Below, piece after piece: positions 7,027-17,300 of a stretch of 32,000 bases of DNA. Position numbers and translations under genes: made by a program. Position 1 is the first letter of the stretch. Each line of letters opens with the position of its first letter. The stretch comes from Edaphobacter aggregans (lineage in GTDB: Bacteria; Acidobacteriota; Terriglobia; Terriglobales; Acidobacteriaceae), in contig NZ_RSDW01000001.1 of the NCBI RefSeq assembly GCF_003945235.1, forward strand, positions 2,340,001-2,372,000, in the 5' to 3' direction. Below the pieces are notes generated by a model. That model worked only from the letters and a program-made list of their open reading frames with translations. It ran no database searches and was not told the origin of the DNA.

Positions 7027-8817
7027 ATGCAGACTGTTCCCTTCGTCCCCGATAACGCTCCCTTCACACCCGAGCAGCGCAGCTGGCTCAACGGTCTCCT
7101 CGCCGGAATCTACTCCTCCGCGCCCGCCGTCAGTCCGGTCGCGGACCCGCCGCCTTCACTCAAGATCGCCGTTCTCTACGCCTCGCAATCCGGCACCGCC
7201 GAGGGCCTGGCCCGCAAGGTCGCCAAAGACCTCAAGGCCAAAGGCCACATCGCCTCGCTGCTCACACTCGAAGGCTACACACCCGCGTCACTCCTCGCCG
7301 AAACCTACGCCATCATCATCGCCAGCACCTACGGCGAAGGCGAAGCCCCCGACTCCGTCCGTCCCTTCTACGAACAGCTCTGCCTCGAGCACTTCCCCTG
7401 CTGCGAGAATCTCTCCTACGCCGTCCTCGCACTCGGCGACTCCACCTACGAGCACTTCTGCAAATTCGGTATCGACCTCGACAACAAGCTCGCCTCTCTC
7501 GCGGGCACGCGCATCTGCGACCGCATCGATTGCGATGTCGACCTCGACGAAAGCTTCACCCAGTGGAAGACCACGCTCTACGCCCGCATCGACGACATCG
7601 TCGCCGCACGCCCAGCACGCACCGCACCCTCATCGTCCATCATCACCGCACCTTCTTCTGTCAGCGAACCCACAGCCCCTTCCCACACCCGCGACAATCC
7701 ATTTCTAGCTCCGCTCGTCGACAAGCGCCCCCTCACCCGCGACATCTCCAGCAAACTCACCCTGCATCTCGCCTTCAACATCAGCGACTCCACCCTCCGC
7801 TACGAAGCCGGCGACGCATGCGGCGTCATCCCCCGCAACGACATTCATCTCGTAGAAGAGATCCTCCACACCCTCAACTTCAGCGGCTCCGTCCCCGTAC
7901 AGCTCCCCAAATCGGGAACCACCACCTTACTCGACGCGCTTCTCCATCACCTTCAGATCACCCGTCTCACGCGGAAGATGATCGAAGCCTACGCCACCAT
8001 CGGCCGACACACAGCCCAGTGTCAGCCGCTCTTTCACCTACTCGTACCCGAGCAGCAAGCCCACCTCGAAAAGTACACCTACGACCGCGGCCTCATCGAT
8101 CTCCTGCACGACTACCCCGGCATCCTCCACGAACCCGCCGACCTGGTCGCGATGCTACCCAGGCTCTCCCCACGTCTCTACTCCATCTCCTCCAGCCCCA
8201 GCGCCCACGCCGGACAGATCCACACCACCGTCGCCGTCGTCCGCTACCGCGCCCATAACCGCGACCGCGGAGGCGTCTGTTCCACTCTCCTCTCCGACCG
8301 CACCAACACTGGCGAATCTCTACCCGTCTACATCCAGCCCAACAAGCGCTTCCGCCTCCCGTCCGACCCCGCCGCACCCATCATCATGATCGGCCCCGGC
8401 ACCGGCATCGCTCCCTTCCGCGCCTTCCTCCACGAGCGCCGCGCCCTCAACCACACCGGCCGCAACTGGCTCTTCTTCGGCGAACGCTCCGCCGCTACCG
8501 ACTTCCTCTACCGCGACGAGCTTCAGTCCATGCACACCGACGGCCACCTCACACATCTCGACCTCGCCTTCTCCCGTGATCAGGACCGCAAAATCTACGT
8601 GCAGGACCGCATGCTCGAACAAGCCCCAACATTCTGGCAATGGCTGCAGGACGGAGCCAGCGTCTACGTCTGCGGCGACGCCTCGCGCATGGCCAAAGAC
8701 GTCGACGCCACCCTCCACACCATCGCCGAACAGCAGGGCCACCTCACCCGCGAATCCGCTACCGAGTACATACACCAGCTCAAGGAACACCACCGCTACC
8801 ACCGCGACGTCTACTAA
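7027..8817 (+). CDS. CysJ-like NADPH-dependent diflavin reductase (flavodoxin + FAD/NADPH ferredoxin-reductase domains)
   Basis: Flavodoxin domain KIAVLYASQSGTAEG, FAD motif RLYSISSSP, NADPH motifs GPGTGIAPFRAF and YVCGDASRMAKDV, C-terminal ..RDVY. AAGGAGAAGG RBS, with only 2 nt after the nirA stop. Confidence 0.85.
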   Translation: MQTVPFVPDNAPFTPEQRSWLNGLLAGIYSSAPAVSPVADPPPSLKIAVLYASQSGTAEGLARKVAKDLKAKGHIASLLTLEGYTPASLLAETYAIIIASTYGEGEAPDSVRPFYEQLCLEHFPCCENLSYAVLALGDSTYEHFCKFGIDLDNKLASLAGTRICDRIDCDVDLDESFTQWKTTLYARIDDIVAARPARTAPSSSIITAPSSVSEPTAPSHTRDNPFLAPLVDKRPLTRDISSKLTLHLAFNISDSTLRYEAGDACGVIPRNDIHLVEEILHTLNFSGSVPVQLPKSGTTTLLDALLHHLQITRLTRKMIEAYATIGRHTAQCQPLFHLLVPEQQAHLEKYTYDRGLIDLLHDYPGILHEPADLVAMLPRLSPRLYSISSSPSAHAGQIHTTVAVVRYRAHNRDRGGVCSTLLSDRTNTGESLPVYIQPNKRFRLPSDPAAPIIMIGPGTGIAPFRAFLHERRALNHTGRNWLFFGERSAATDFLYRDELQSMHTDGHLTHLDLAFSRDQDRKIYVQDRMLEQAPTFWQWLQDGASVYVCGDASRMAKDVDATLHTIAEQQGHLTRESATEYIHQLKEHHRYHRDVY

Positions 8818-8856
8818 ACCTTCTTCTCAAAGCCAGCGACCTAAGGAACTGAAGCT

Positions 8857-10461
8857 ATGACGCTCCCGCTCCACGAACTCGCATACTCCGAATCAGCGAA
8901 CCCCATCGTTCGCCTGACGGAAAACGGCCTCGAGATCTTTCCTGCAGGCCCACCGCAACCCGAGGTCATCACCTCTCTCATCCCCTCACGCCCCCTCCAA
9001 CCCGGCGAGCAGTACCGCTTCCACTTCAACATGACGAAGTGCATCGGCTGCCGTTCCTGCGAAGTCGCCTGCAACGAGCAGAACGGCAACCCTGCCGATC
9101 TCCGCTGGCGCCGCATCGGCGAAATCGAAGGCGGCACCTGGCCCACCACCGTGCGTCATTACCTTTCCATGGGCTGCAACCACTGCCTCAGCGCCGACTG
9201 CGCACGCGGCTGCCCCGTCGATGCCTACACAAAAGATCCCGTTACCGGCATCGTCCTCCACTCCGCCGAAGCCTGCATCGGCTGCCAGTACTGTGTCTGG
9301 AACTGCCCCTACTCCGTCCCGCAGTTCAACCCTGAGCGCGGCGTCGTCGGCAAATGCGACATGTGCCACGGCCGTCTCACCTCCGGCCTCGAGCCCGCCT
9401 GCGTCAACGCCTGTCCCGAGAACGCCATTGAAATCGAAATCGTCGATCAGCTTGAGTGGCGCAGCGATTACGCCGCCGCCAACGCTCCCGGCATGCCCTC
9501 CGCCGGACACACCATCTCCACCACACGCATCACGCTCCCTGAAAACTCAGTCGCCACCCTCGAGCGCGTCGACATCGAAACCCTCCAGCCGGAGCATCCG
9601 CACTGGTCCCTCGTTTGGATGACCTCACTCATCCAACTCTCCGCCGGAACCCTCGTCGCCGCCTTGCTCTCGCGACACTCCGGCCCCATCGCTCTCACAC
9701 TCATCCTCGCCCTCACGGCCTTCACGCTCAACATCTCCGTCCTTCACCTCGGCCGTCCCGCCTACGCCTGGCGCGCGCTCAAAATGTGGCGGCGCTCCTG
9801 GCTCTCCCGCGAAGTCCTCCTCTTCGGACTCTTCTTCTCCACGCTCACCCTCTTCACCGCTGCCGCATGGCTCGCGGCTATACACGTACTACCCTTCGCT
9901 GCGATCCTCCTGCCAGCCCTCCAACTCCTTACACCTGTCCTCGGTCTCGCAGGCATCTTCGCCAGCGCACGTCTCTATCTCGTTCCCGCCCGTCCCGCGT
10001 GGAACACACCTCACACGCCTATCGATTTCTTCCTCAGCTCCGCCGTTCTAGGCTGCTCTGCGATGCCGCTGCTCATCCGCGCCGCTGGCATGTTGCATGC
10101 ACTTCCGCAGCTTCAGTCAATCGCTCTGCCACGCTGGGTGCCGAACTTCCCGCTCTGGCCGCTGATCATCACATCCGCTCTCTGGATGCTCAACCACATC
10201 GTCCGCACCATCCGCCTCCATCACTCCGTAAGCTACGAGCGACGAGCCTCCGCATCGCTCCTCAACACCTACAACCTCCGCGGAACCTTCCTCGTCTCCT
10301 TCGCCTTTGTCGGCCTCGCCATTCTTCTCTCCGTCGCAGGCCAACCTCTCTTCGCACTACCCGCCGCACTCGCCGGAGTCATCTCCGCCCGCTATCTCTT
10401 CTTCGTCTCTGTCGTGCCGCTCAACATGGCCCTCACCTTCGTAAGAACGGCCCACGCATGA
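8857..10461 (+). CDS. Fusion protein: DmsB/NrfC-type four-cluster ferredoxin domain + DmsC-like 8-helix membrane anchor
   Basis: Four Cys groups: CIGCRSCEVAC, CNHCLSADCARGCP, CIGCQYCVWNCP, CDMCHGR..ACVNACP. About 8 hydrophobic helices follow from residue ~250. No twin-arginine signal. The stop overlaps the next start (ATGA at 10458-10461). Confidence 0.75.
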   Translation: MTLPLHELAYSESANPIVRLTENGLEIFPAGPPQPEVITSLIPSRPLQPGEQYRFHFNMTKCIGCRSCEVACNEQNGNPADLRWRRIGEIEGGTWPTTVRHYLSMGCNHCLSADCARGCPVDAYTKDPVTGIVLHSAEACIGCQYCVWNCPYSVPQFNPERGVVGKCDMCHGRLTSGLEPACVNACPENAIEIEIVDQLEWRSDYAAANAPGMPSAGHTISTTRITLPENSVATLERVDIETLQPEHPHWSLVWMTSLIQLSAGTLVAALLSRHSGPIALTLILALTAFTLNISVLHLGRPAYAWRALKMWRRSWLSREVLLFGLFFSTLTLFTAAAWLAAIHVLPFAAILLPALQLLTPVLGLAGIFASARLYLVPARPAWNTPHTPIDFFLSSAVLGCSAMPLLIRAAGMLHALPQLQSIALPRWVPNFPLWPLIITSALWMLNHIVRTIRLHHSVSYERRASASLLNTYNLRGTFLVSFAFVGLAILLSVAGQPLFALPAALAGVISARYLFFVSVVPLNMALTFVRTAHA

Positions 10462-12680
10462 GCAACTCTATCTTCACGCGCATCAAGCGACTCACAGGCA
10501 TCGACACACGCCGCGAAAAATACGCCTACGCCAAAGACCCCGTCTTCGGTCACATCTCCAAATCGCGCGTCGCCGAGAAATGGGTCAAGACCACCTGCGG
10601 CTACTGTTCCGTCGGTTGCGGCATGCTCGTCGGCGTGCGCGAAAACAAAGCCGTCGCCGTACGCGGCAACCCCGACCATCCCGTCAATCGCGGCAAGCTC
10701 TGCCCCAAAGGTCTCTCCGAACATCACATCCTCGACTCACCCGGCCGCGCAAAACAACCGCTCCTGCGCAAGAACGGCGTCCTCACTCCTGTCTCGTGGG
10801 ACGAAGCACTCGACACGATGGTCGCCCGCTTCCGCGACATTCAGCAGCGTCACGGCAACGAGTCCCTCGGCGTCGTCGGCACCGGCCAACTCCTCACCGA
10901 AGAGTGCTACACCCTCGGCAAGCTCGTTCAACTCGGCTTCCGCACCCGCAACAACGACGGCAACACCACCCTCTGCATGGCCTCTGCCGTCTCCGGCTAC
11001 AAACTCTCCTTTGGCTCCGACGGCCCGCCCGGCTCCTACGCCGACATGGAGACCGCCGACCTCATCCTCCTCATCGGCGCCAACATCGCCGACAACCATC
11101 CCATCCTCTGCCACCGCGTCGATCGCACCTCGCCCGGAACAAAACCCCGCACCCTCATCGTTGTCGACCCACGCGTCACCAAGACCGCCATGATGGCCGA
11201 CATCCATCTGCCCGTCAAACCCCGCAGCGACATCGCTCTCCTCAACGGCATCGCTCACATCCTCATCCGCGAAGGCCTCATCGATCGCGACTACATCGCC
11301 CGCCACACCACCGGCTTCGAACAATTCGCAAACTTCGTCGCCGCCTTTACTCCCGCACACGTAGCCGCCATCACCGGCCTCACCGAAGAGACCATCATCA
11401 ACACGGCATGGCTCTACGGCAAAGCAAAATCCGCCTTCATCGGCTGGACCATGGGCGTCAATCACTCCACGCAAGGCGCTGTCACCGTCGCCGCCATCAA
11501 CAACCTCGCCCTCATCACCGGCAACATCGGACGCTCCGGCGCAGCGCCCTTCTCCATCACCGGCCAATGCAACGCCATGGGCACGCGCGAAACCGGCTTT
11601 ACCTCATCGCTCCCCGGCTACCGCAAATTTGATAATCCGCAGGACCGCGAAGACCTCGCGCGCATCTGGAACATCCCCGTCGAACGCATTCCGTCCGCGC
11701 GAGGCCTCGCCTACCCCGACATCATCGAAGCCGCCGTACAAGGCCGCATCAAAGCCCTCTGGTTCGTCGCCACCAATCCCGCCGTCTCCTTCCCCAACGC
11801 GAAGCTCCTCGACCACGCCCTCCGCAGCGTCGAGTTCCTCGTCGTACAGGACGGCTTCCACCCCACGCCCACCAGCGACTACGCCCATCTCGTCCTCCCC
11901 GCCGCCATCTGGGGCGAAAAGCAAGGAACCTACACCAACTCCGAACGCCGCGTCTCCAAGGTCAACCCCGCCGTCATCCCTCCCCGCGAAGCACGCCCCG
12001 ACTTCGACATCTTTCTCGACATCGCACAACGCCTCGGAGTACGCAATGAGCTTTACCCCGGCTGGACATCGACACACGACGCCTTCCTGGAATGGCAGCG
12101 CGTCTCCGCCGGCCGCATGTGTGACTACTCGAAATTCACCTGGCAGCAGATCGAAGATGCCAACGGCCTCCAATGGGGCGGCACCTCGCTCTACACCGAC
12201 GGCATCTTCCCCACCGAAGACGGACGCGCCCGTCTCCACAGCGTTCCCTGCGATCCCTTCACCGAGCAGCCCGACTCCAACTTCGACTTCATCCTCAACA
12301 CAGGCCGCACCGTCGAACACTGGCACACCCGCACCAAGACCGCCGAGGTCGGAATTCTCAACGACATGGTCCCCAACGCATGGCTCGAGATGAATCCCAC
12401 CGACGCCGACCGCCTCGAGCTCAAACCTCACGACCGCGTCACCGTCCGCAGCCGTCGCGGTGCCGTCGCCGACATCGAGCTCCGCATCACCGGCATCGTC
12501 GCTCCCGGTCAGGTCTTCATGCCCTTCCACTTCTCCGAGACCAACTCCAACATCGTCACCCTCGGAGCCTTCGATCCCATCTCCCGCGAACCCAACTTCA
12601 AACAGTGCGCCGTCCGCATCGAGCGGACCCCCATCCGCGACCGTCGAAACGCCTCGCCCCCTCGAACTCAGCGACAGTAG
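10458..12680 (+). CDS. nasA: Molybdopterin oxidoreductase, assimilatory nitrate reductase catalytic subunit (Nas/NarB type)
   Basis: N-terminal 4Fe-4S motif CGYCSVGCG..C(PKG), the Nap/Nas-type Mo-ligand region TTLCMASAV, and MGD-binding segments. No Tat signal. The true start is ATG 10458; the track ORF from 9615 is an out-of-context upstream extension. Confidence 0.85.
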   Translation: MSNSIFTRIKRLTGIDTRREKYAYAKDPVFGHISKSRVAEKWVKTTCGYCSVGCGMLVGVRENKAVAVRGNPDHPVNRGKLCPKGLSEHHILDSPGRAKQPLLRKNGVLTPVSWDEALDTMVARFRDIQQRHGNESLGVVGTGQLLTEECYTLGKLVQLGFRTRNNDGNTTLCMASAVSGYKLSFGSDGPPGSYADMETADLILLIGANIADNHPILCHRVDRTSPGTKPRTLIVVDPRVTKTAMMADIHLPVKPRSDIALLNGIAHILIREGLIDRDYIARHTTGFEQFANFVAAFTPAHVAAITGLTEETIINTAWLYGKAKSAFIGWTMGVNHSTQGAVTVAAINNLALITGNIGRSGAAPFSITGQCNAMGTRETGFTSSLPGYRKFDNPQDREDLARIWNIPVERIPSARGLAYPDIIEAAVQGRIKALWFVATNPAVSFPNAKLLDHALRSVEFLVVQDGFHPTPTSDYAHLVLPAAIWGEKQGTYTNSERRVSKVNPAVIPPREARPDFDIFLDIAQRLGVRNELYPGWTSTHDAFLEWQRVSAGRMCDYSKFTWQQIEDANGLQWGGTSLYTDGIFPTEDGRARLHSVPCDPFTEQPDSNFDFILNTGRTVEHWHTRTKTAEVGILNDMVPNAWLEMNPTDADRLELKPHDRVTVRSRRGAVADIELRITGIVAPGQVFMPFHFSETNSNIVTLGAFDPISREPNFKQCAVRIERTPIRDRRNASPPRTQRQ

Positions 12681-12749
12681 CAAACCACGATTGCCACCCG
12701 TTGCACCACTTGTTGACCACCAAAATCCACACGGAGAACACCAAAAATC

Positions 12750-14027
12750 ATGGCCAACTTCAAGACCTTCCTCAAGTCCGGGCACCCTCCCACCCTCCTA
12801 AGTGCCTTTCTTTACTTCGACTTCTCCTTCGCCGTGTGGGTGCTCAACGGAGCCATGGGCCCCTTCATCTCCGAACAGTTCCACCTGACCCCCGCCCAAA
12901 TCGGCTTAATGGTTTCGATTCCTACACTTGCGGGGGCTTTGATGCGTTTTCCTCTCGGCGTCCTCTCCCAATACATAGGCCGGAAGAACGCCGCCATCGT
13001 AGAAATGTCCGCCATCGTTATCTCACTGATATACGGATACTTATTCGTCAAAACCTTCCACGAAGTCCTGGCCATGGGCGTCCTTCTAGGCATCGCCGGA
13101 GCCAGCTTCGGCGTAGCTCTCTCCCTCGGCTCCGGCTGGTTTCCCCAACAATACAAAGGACTTGCGATGGGCATAGCCGGTGCAGGCAACAGCGGCACCG
13201 CCCTGGCCGCGCTCCTGGCCCCGCGCTTGGCCCAACACTACGGATGGCATCAAGTCTATGGATTCGCAGCACTTACCATGCTGCTCCCCCTCGCCGTCAT
13301 GATCATCTTCGCCAAAGAACCACCAGACGCCCACCACCAAACCCTGAAAGAACACCTCTCCTGCCTCTGGGAAAAAGACGGCTGGGCCTTTAACTCCATA
13401 TATATCATCACTTTCGGAGGCTTCCTCGGCCTCGCTACCTTCCTCCCATCCTTCTTCTACTCCCAATTCCATGTCACAAAAATTCAAGCCGGTTCCCTCA
13501 CCGTCCTAGCCACGCTAACTGGCTCATTAACAAGAGTTTTTGGTGGATGGCTAGCCGACCGAATAGGCGGAATTACCACGCTCTCGATCGTCTTTCTCGC
13601 CGCCACAGCCACTTTTTTAGGCCTAATATTTACCCCATCCCTCGCCACCACAACCATCCTTTTTATGCTCTGCTTCGCAGCCCTTGGAGCCGGTAACGGT
13701 GCCACTTTTCAACTAGTTCCGCTACGTTGGCCCTATTCCACCGCCGTCGCAGGCAGCATGATCGGCGAAATCGGAGCCCTGGGTGGCGGCATCCTTCCAA
13801 ACCTGCTGGGACAAACCAAACAGCACACCGGCTCATATGCCATTGGTTTTATCGTCTACGCCACACTAGCGCTCTCCGTCCTGGCCATGCTGCGCACCAT
13901 CTCAAAAAAATGGACACACACATGGGTGGAGGCCGGCGGACGCGCTGTGGTTCTAGTGCCAGAGACACCCGATCCAGCAGAAATAGGGTTTTCGAATCCG
14001 TCACTAGAAACACCTCTTGAAGTTTAA
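12750..14027 (+). CDS. narK: MFS nitrate/nitrite transporter (NNP/NarK family)
   Basis: 12-helix MFS with NNP-like segments (LLSAFLYFDFSFAVWVLNG, GAGNSGTA, GAGNGATFQLVP). Last gene of the nas operon. Confidence 0.8.
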   Translation: MANFKTFLKSGHPPTLLSAFLYFDFSFAVWVLNGAMGPFISEQFHLTPAQIGLMVSIPTLAGALMRFPLGVLSQYIGRKNAAIVEMSAIVISLIYGYLFVKTFHEVLAMGVLLGIAGASFGVALSLGSGWFPQQYKGLAMGIAGAGNSGTALAALLAPRLAQHYGWHQVYGFAALTMLLPLAVMIIFAKEPPDAHHQTLKEHLSCLWEKDGWAFNSIYIITFGGFLGLATFLPSFFYSQFHVTKIQAGSLTVLATLTGSLTRVFGGWLADRIGGITTLSIVFLAATATFLGLIFTPSLATTTILFMLCFAALGAGNGATFQLVPLRWPYSTAVAGSMIGEIGALGGGILPNLLGQTKQHTGSYAIGFIVYATLALSVLAMLRTISKKWTHTWVEAGGRAVVLVPETPDPAEIGFSNPSLETPLEV

Positions 14028-14306
14028 ATTTTTGCTCACGCAAGACATCCGAACAACACAAAAGCTCGAAAATCGTCCGCTAGGGCCGACCACTTGTGAG
14101 CACAGCCTCTACGACTGTTGGGGTAAATCTCCGGGCTCGCGAACGTCTCAAAATACACTGCGCACGGAAACTCCTTCTGAACCCGCAGATTTGGCCTGCG
14201 TGGTAGACTCGGCAACGTATCCAGACAAGATCTGATCAGCAAGCGAATGCGAAGGCCGTCCTGTGTCTGTCGTTGCATCCTCGCTACATGCTGCGCCGAG
14301 GTGTAA

Positions 14307-17300
14307 GTGGGAGTCGTTCGTCGAGTTGTTTGCCTACTGTTTGACCTGTTTAGCTGCCGTTTTTCCCCCCGAGTTTCGAGCTCTCCCTTCCATCTTGCAG
14401 CCCTTGCACTTACGTTTTGCGCGTGCTCGCCCGCAATGCGTGCGCAGCAGGCACAGATGCAGGTCATGAGGCATCACGTGCGCCCGGAGGTGACGGACCA
14501 TCGCGCCTCCTTTGTGGGGCGACTCCCTGACGACAAGCAGATGCACCTATCCGTGGTGCTGCCTTTGCGCAATCAGGCCGCGCTTACCAGTCTGCTGCAG
14601 AGGCTCTATGATCCATCAAGCCCGGACTATCGACACTTCCTCACGGTAGCGCAGTTCACCGAACAGTTTGGTCCAACGGAACAAGACTATTCAGCGGTGG
14701 CTGCGTATTTGCAGTCACAAGGTCTGACAGTTAAACCCGCACCAGCGAATCGCCTGGTTGTTCCGGTGAGCGGCTCGATGGCCCAGGTCAATTCTGCCTT
14801 CAACGTGCAGATGAACACCTACCAGCACCCCACCGAGAACCGGACGTTCTTCTCTCCGGACCGCGAGCCCTCGTTGCCGCTGAATCTACAGGTAAGACAC
14901 GTCACAGGTTTGGATAACTTCTCGCTGCCGCATCGCTTTACGCAGCGTCCGAATACCAGCCAACAAGCTGCTGCAGTGAACGGTTCAGGTCCAGTCAATT
15001 CGTATCTTGGCAGCGATATGCGCGCGGCTTATTACGGCGGCACGACGTTGGATGGCACAGGGCAAGCAATTGGTCTGCTTGAATTCGGCGGTTATGACAT
15101 GACCGATGTCACACTGACGTTCAGCAATGCCGGACAGACGACCAACGTCCCGATCAACAATATACTGCTCGATGGTGCCACGGGTGGTCCGGAAGGATCC
15201 TACGGCGGCGAGCAGGTTTTGGATATCGTGCAGGCTATCGGAATGGCACCGGGGCTGAGCCAGGTGCGTGTTTACATCGGAGTCGGTGAGGACGATGCGA
15301 TAATTCTCAACTCCATGGCTTCAGAGAACATTGCCAAACAGTTGAGTTGCTCGTGGGGGTGGCTACCTGTTGATCCTACGACCGACGATGTTTTTTTTCA
15401 GGAGATGGCCGCTCAGGGCCAGAGCTTCTTTGCGGCCTCTGGTGACGCCGGAGCCTACGACCAGTCAATCAATCCCTTCTTTTATCCGGCCGAAGATCAG
15501 TACGTGACAGCAGTCGGCGGTACACACCTGACAACGAGCGGACCGGGCGGTACATGGGTCTCCGAGACTGTATGGGACTCGGAGGGTGATGGCAGTGGTG
15601 GAGGTATCAGTCCCGATGGCATTACTCTGCCTAGCTATCAGAGCGGCCTTGCGAATTCAGCCAATGGCGGTTCGAACACGCTCCGTAACGTGCCAGACGT
15701 CGCCATGGAAGGCGATTTTGACAACTACGCCTGTCAGGCACATCGGTGTACCGGCGACTGGGCAGGTACGAGCTTTGCCGCACCCCGCTGGGCCGGCTTC
15801 ATGGCGCTGGTGAATCAGCAAGCGGTCGAAGCTGGGACCGCACCTTCGGGAGGCCTCGGATTTCTGAATCCGGCGCTATACCAACTGGCTCAGGGAGCAA
15901 ACGCGAGCAACGACCTGCACGACATCGTCTCCGGAAACAACCGAACCCAGAACCAGCCGGTCTGGTTCAGTGCCATCGCCGGCTATGACCTGACAACGGG
16001 TTGGGGTAGTGCCAACGGGCAGAGCCTGATTAATGATCTCGCCGGCGCGCAGGTGCCGGGTTTCTGGCTTTCCAGTTCGCAGAGTGAAGTCGACGTGAAT
16101 CCGGGAGGAACCGGTACGACGACAATCAAAATTACCGATGCCGGAGGTTTCACGGACGCTGTGAATCTTGCTGTGACCTCGACGCTGCCAAGCGGAGTGA
16201 CAGCATCGTTTGCTACCAATCCGTCGACAGCTTCCAACGTGTTGACGTTCTCGGTAGACAACTTAGTCGCGCAGCAGAATATTCCCATTACGGTGACGGG
16301 TACTGCGCAATCGTTGACCCAAACCGCAACCTTGCTGCTTTCTATTCACACACCGGCCTTTGCCCTGGTGCCTTCATCAAACGGCTTGACTCTCAATCCC
16401 GGGCAGACCGTAAGCACAACAATCACCGTGTTGCCGGAGTATGGCTTTACGGGCAGCGTGAATCTCGCAATCGTCGGGTTGCCAAGTGGCGTGACCGCTT
16501 CGTTCTCGCCTACATCAACGACCGGAACCAACACGCTGACCCTGACTGCCAGCACCTCAGCAGCGGCAAACACCAACACGCTGACTATTACGGGAACGTC
16601 GGGCAGCTTGTCCGCAACGACAAAGCTAGGTCTGTCAGTTACCGGGCCGAAGTTCCTGCTGCTTGCGGGCTCGCCTGTATCGGTGGGACAGGGCAGCACG
16701 GTGTCAACCTATATCGATGTTTTACAGGAAAATGGCTTCTCAGGCGGCGTAAACCTTACGGCAACAAATCTGCCCTCCGGTGTCACTGCAACATTTTCAA
16801 CCAATCCAACGACTAGCACGTCCAGCGTCAGCTTTACGGCCAGCAACACAGCGTCTGTAGGGCAGAGCACGGTGACGATTACAGGAACATCGGGATCATT
16901 GAGCGCTACAGCCTCGATCACGCTGAATGTAATGGCGCCGTCGTTCACTTTGAACACGGCCGGCACCGTGATTTTCGGACAAGGCAGTTCTACCTCGACC
17001 TACGTCTATGTGTCGGGGCAATACGGCTTCAATGGGAACGTCGCGATGTCGGTCTCCGGCCTGCCGAGCGGCGTAACGGCGATCTGGGGGCCGAATCCCA
17101 CGAACTACAGCACCGAGCTTTACTTGTATGCAAGTAATTCCTCAACGCCGGGACAGTATCCGCTTACGATTACCGGCACCTCGGGTTCGCTGACAGAAAC
17201 CACTCCACTGACATTAACTATTGCTGCCCCAACTTTCACGATACCGTCGCTCGGTACGCTTACGATGGGAACTGGTTCAACGAACTATGCATATGTAAAC

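Noticed and set aside
9615-10457. 281-codon N-terminal extension of the track ORF 9615..12680 (Arg/Pro/His-rich)
   Set aside because: It overlaps the FeS-anchor gene in another frame, has non-protein-like composition, and the conserved molybdoenzyme N-terminus begins at ATG 10458.
5104-13393. Long alternative-frame and antisense ORFs across the nas operon (e.g. 5104..5694, 5331..5870, 6316..6687, 7530..8258, 10580..11632, 10737..11567, 11604..12785, 11629..12393, 12173..13393)
   Set aside because: Their translations are R/P/S/T/H- or G/A/D/E-rich low-complexity sequences typical of shadow frames in GC-rich DNA. They all overlap genes with clear family signatures.
14028-14306. Possible oriC in the spacer where the strand bias appears to flip
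   Set aside because: I found no TTATCCACA-like DnaA boxes (best matches carry 2-3 mismatches) and no marked AT-rich unwinding element. The spacer is only 280 bp and has no adjacent dnaA or dnaN. It is kept only as one explanation of the skew flip.
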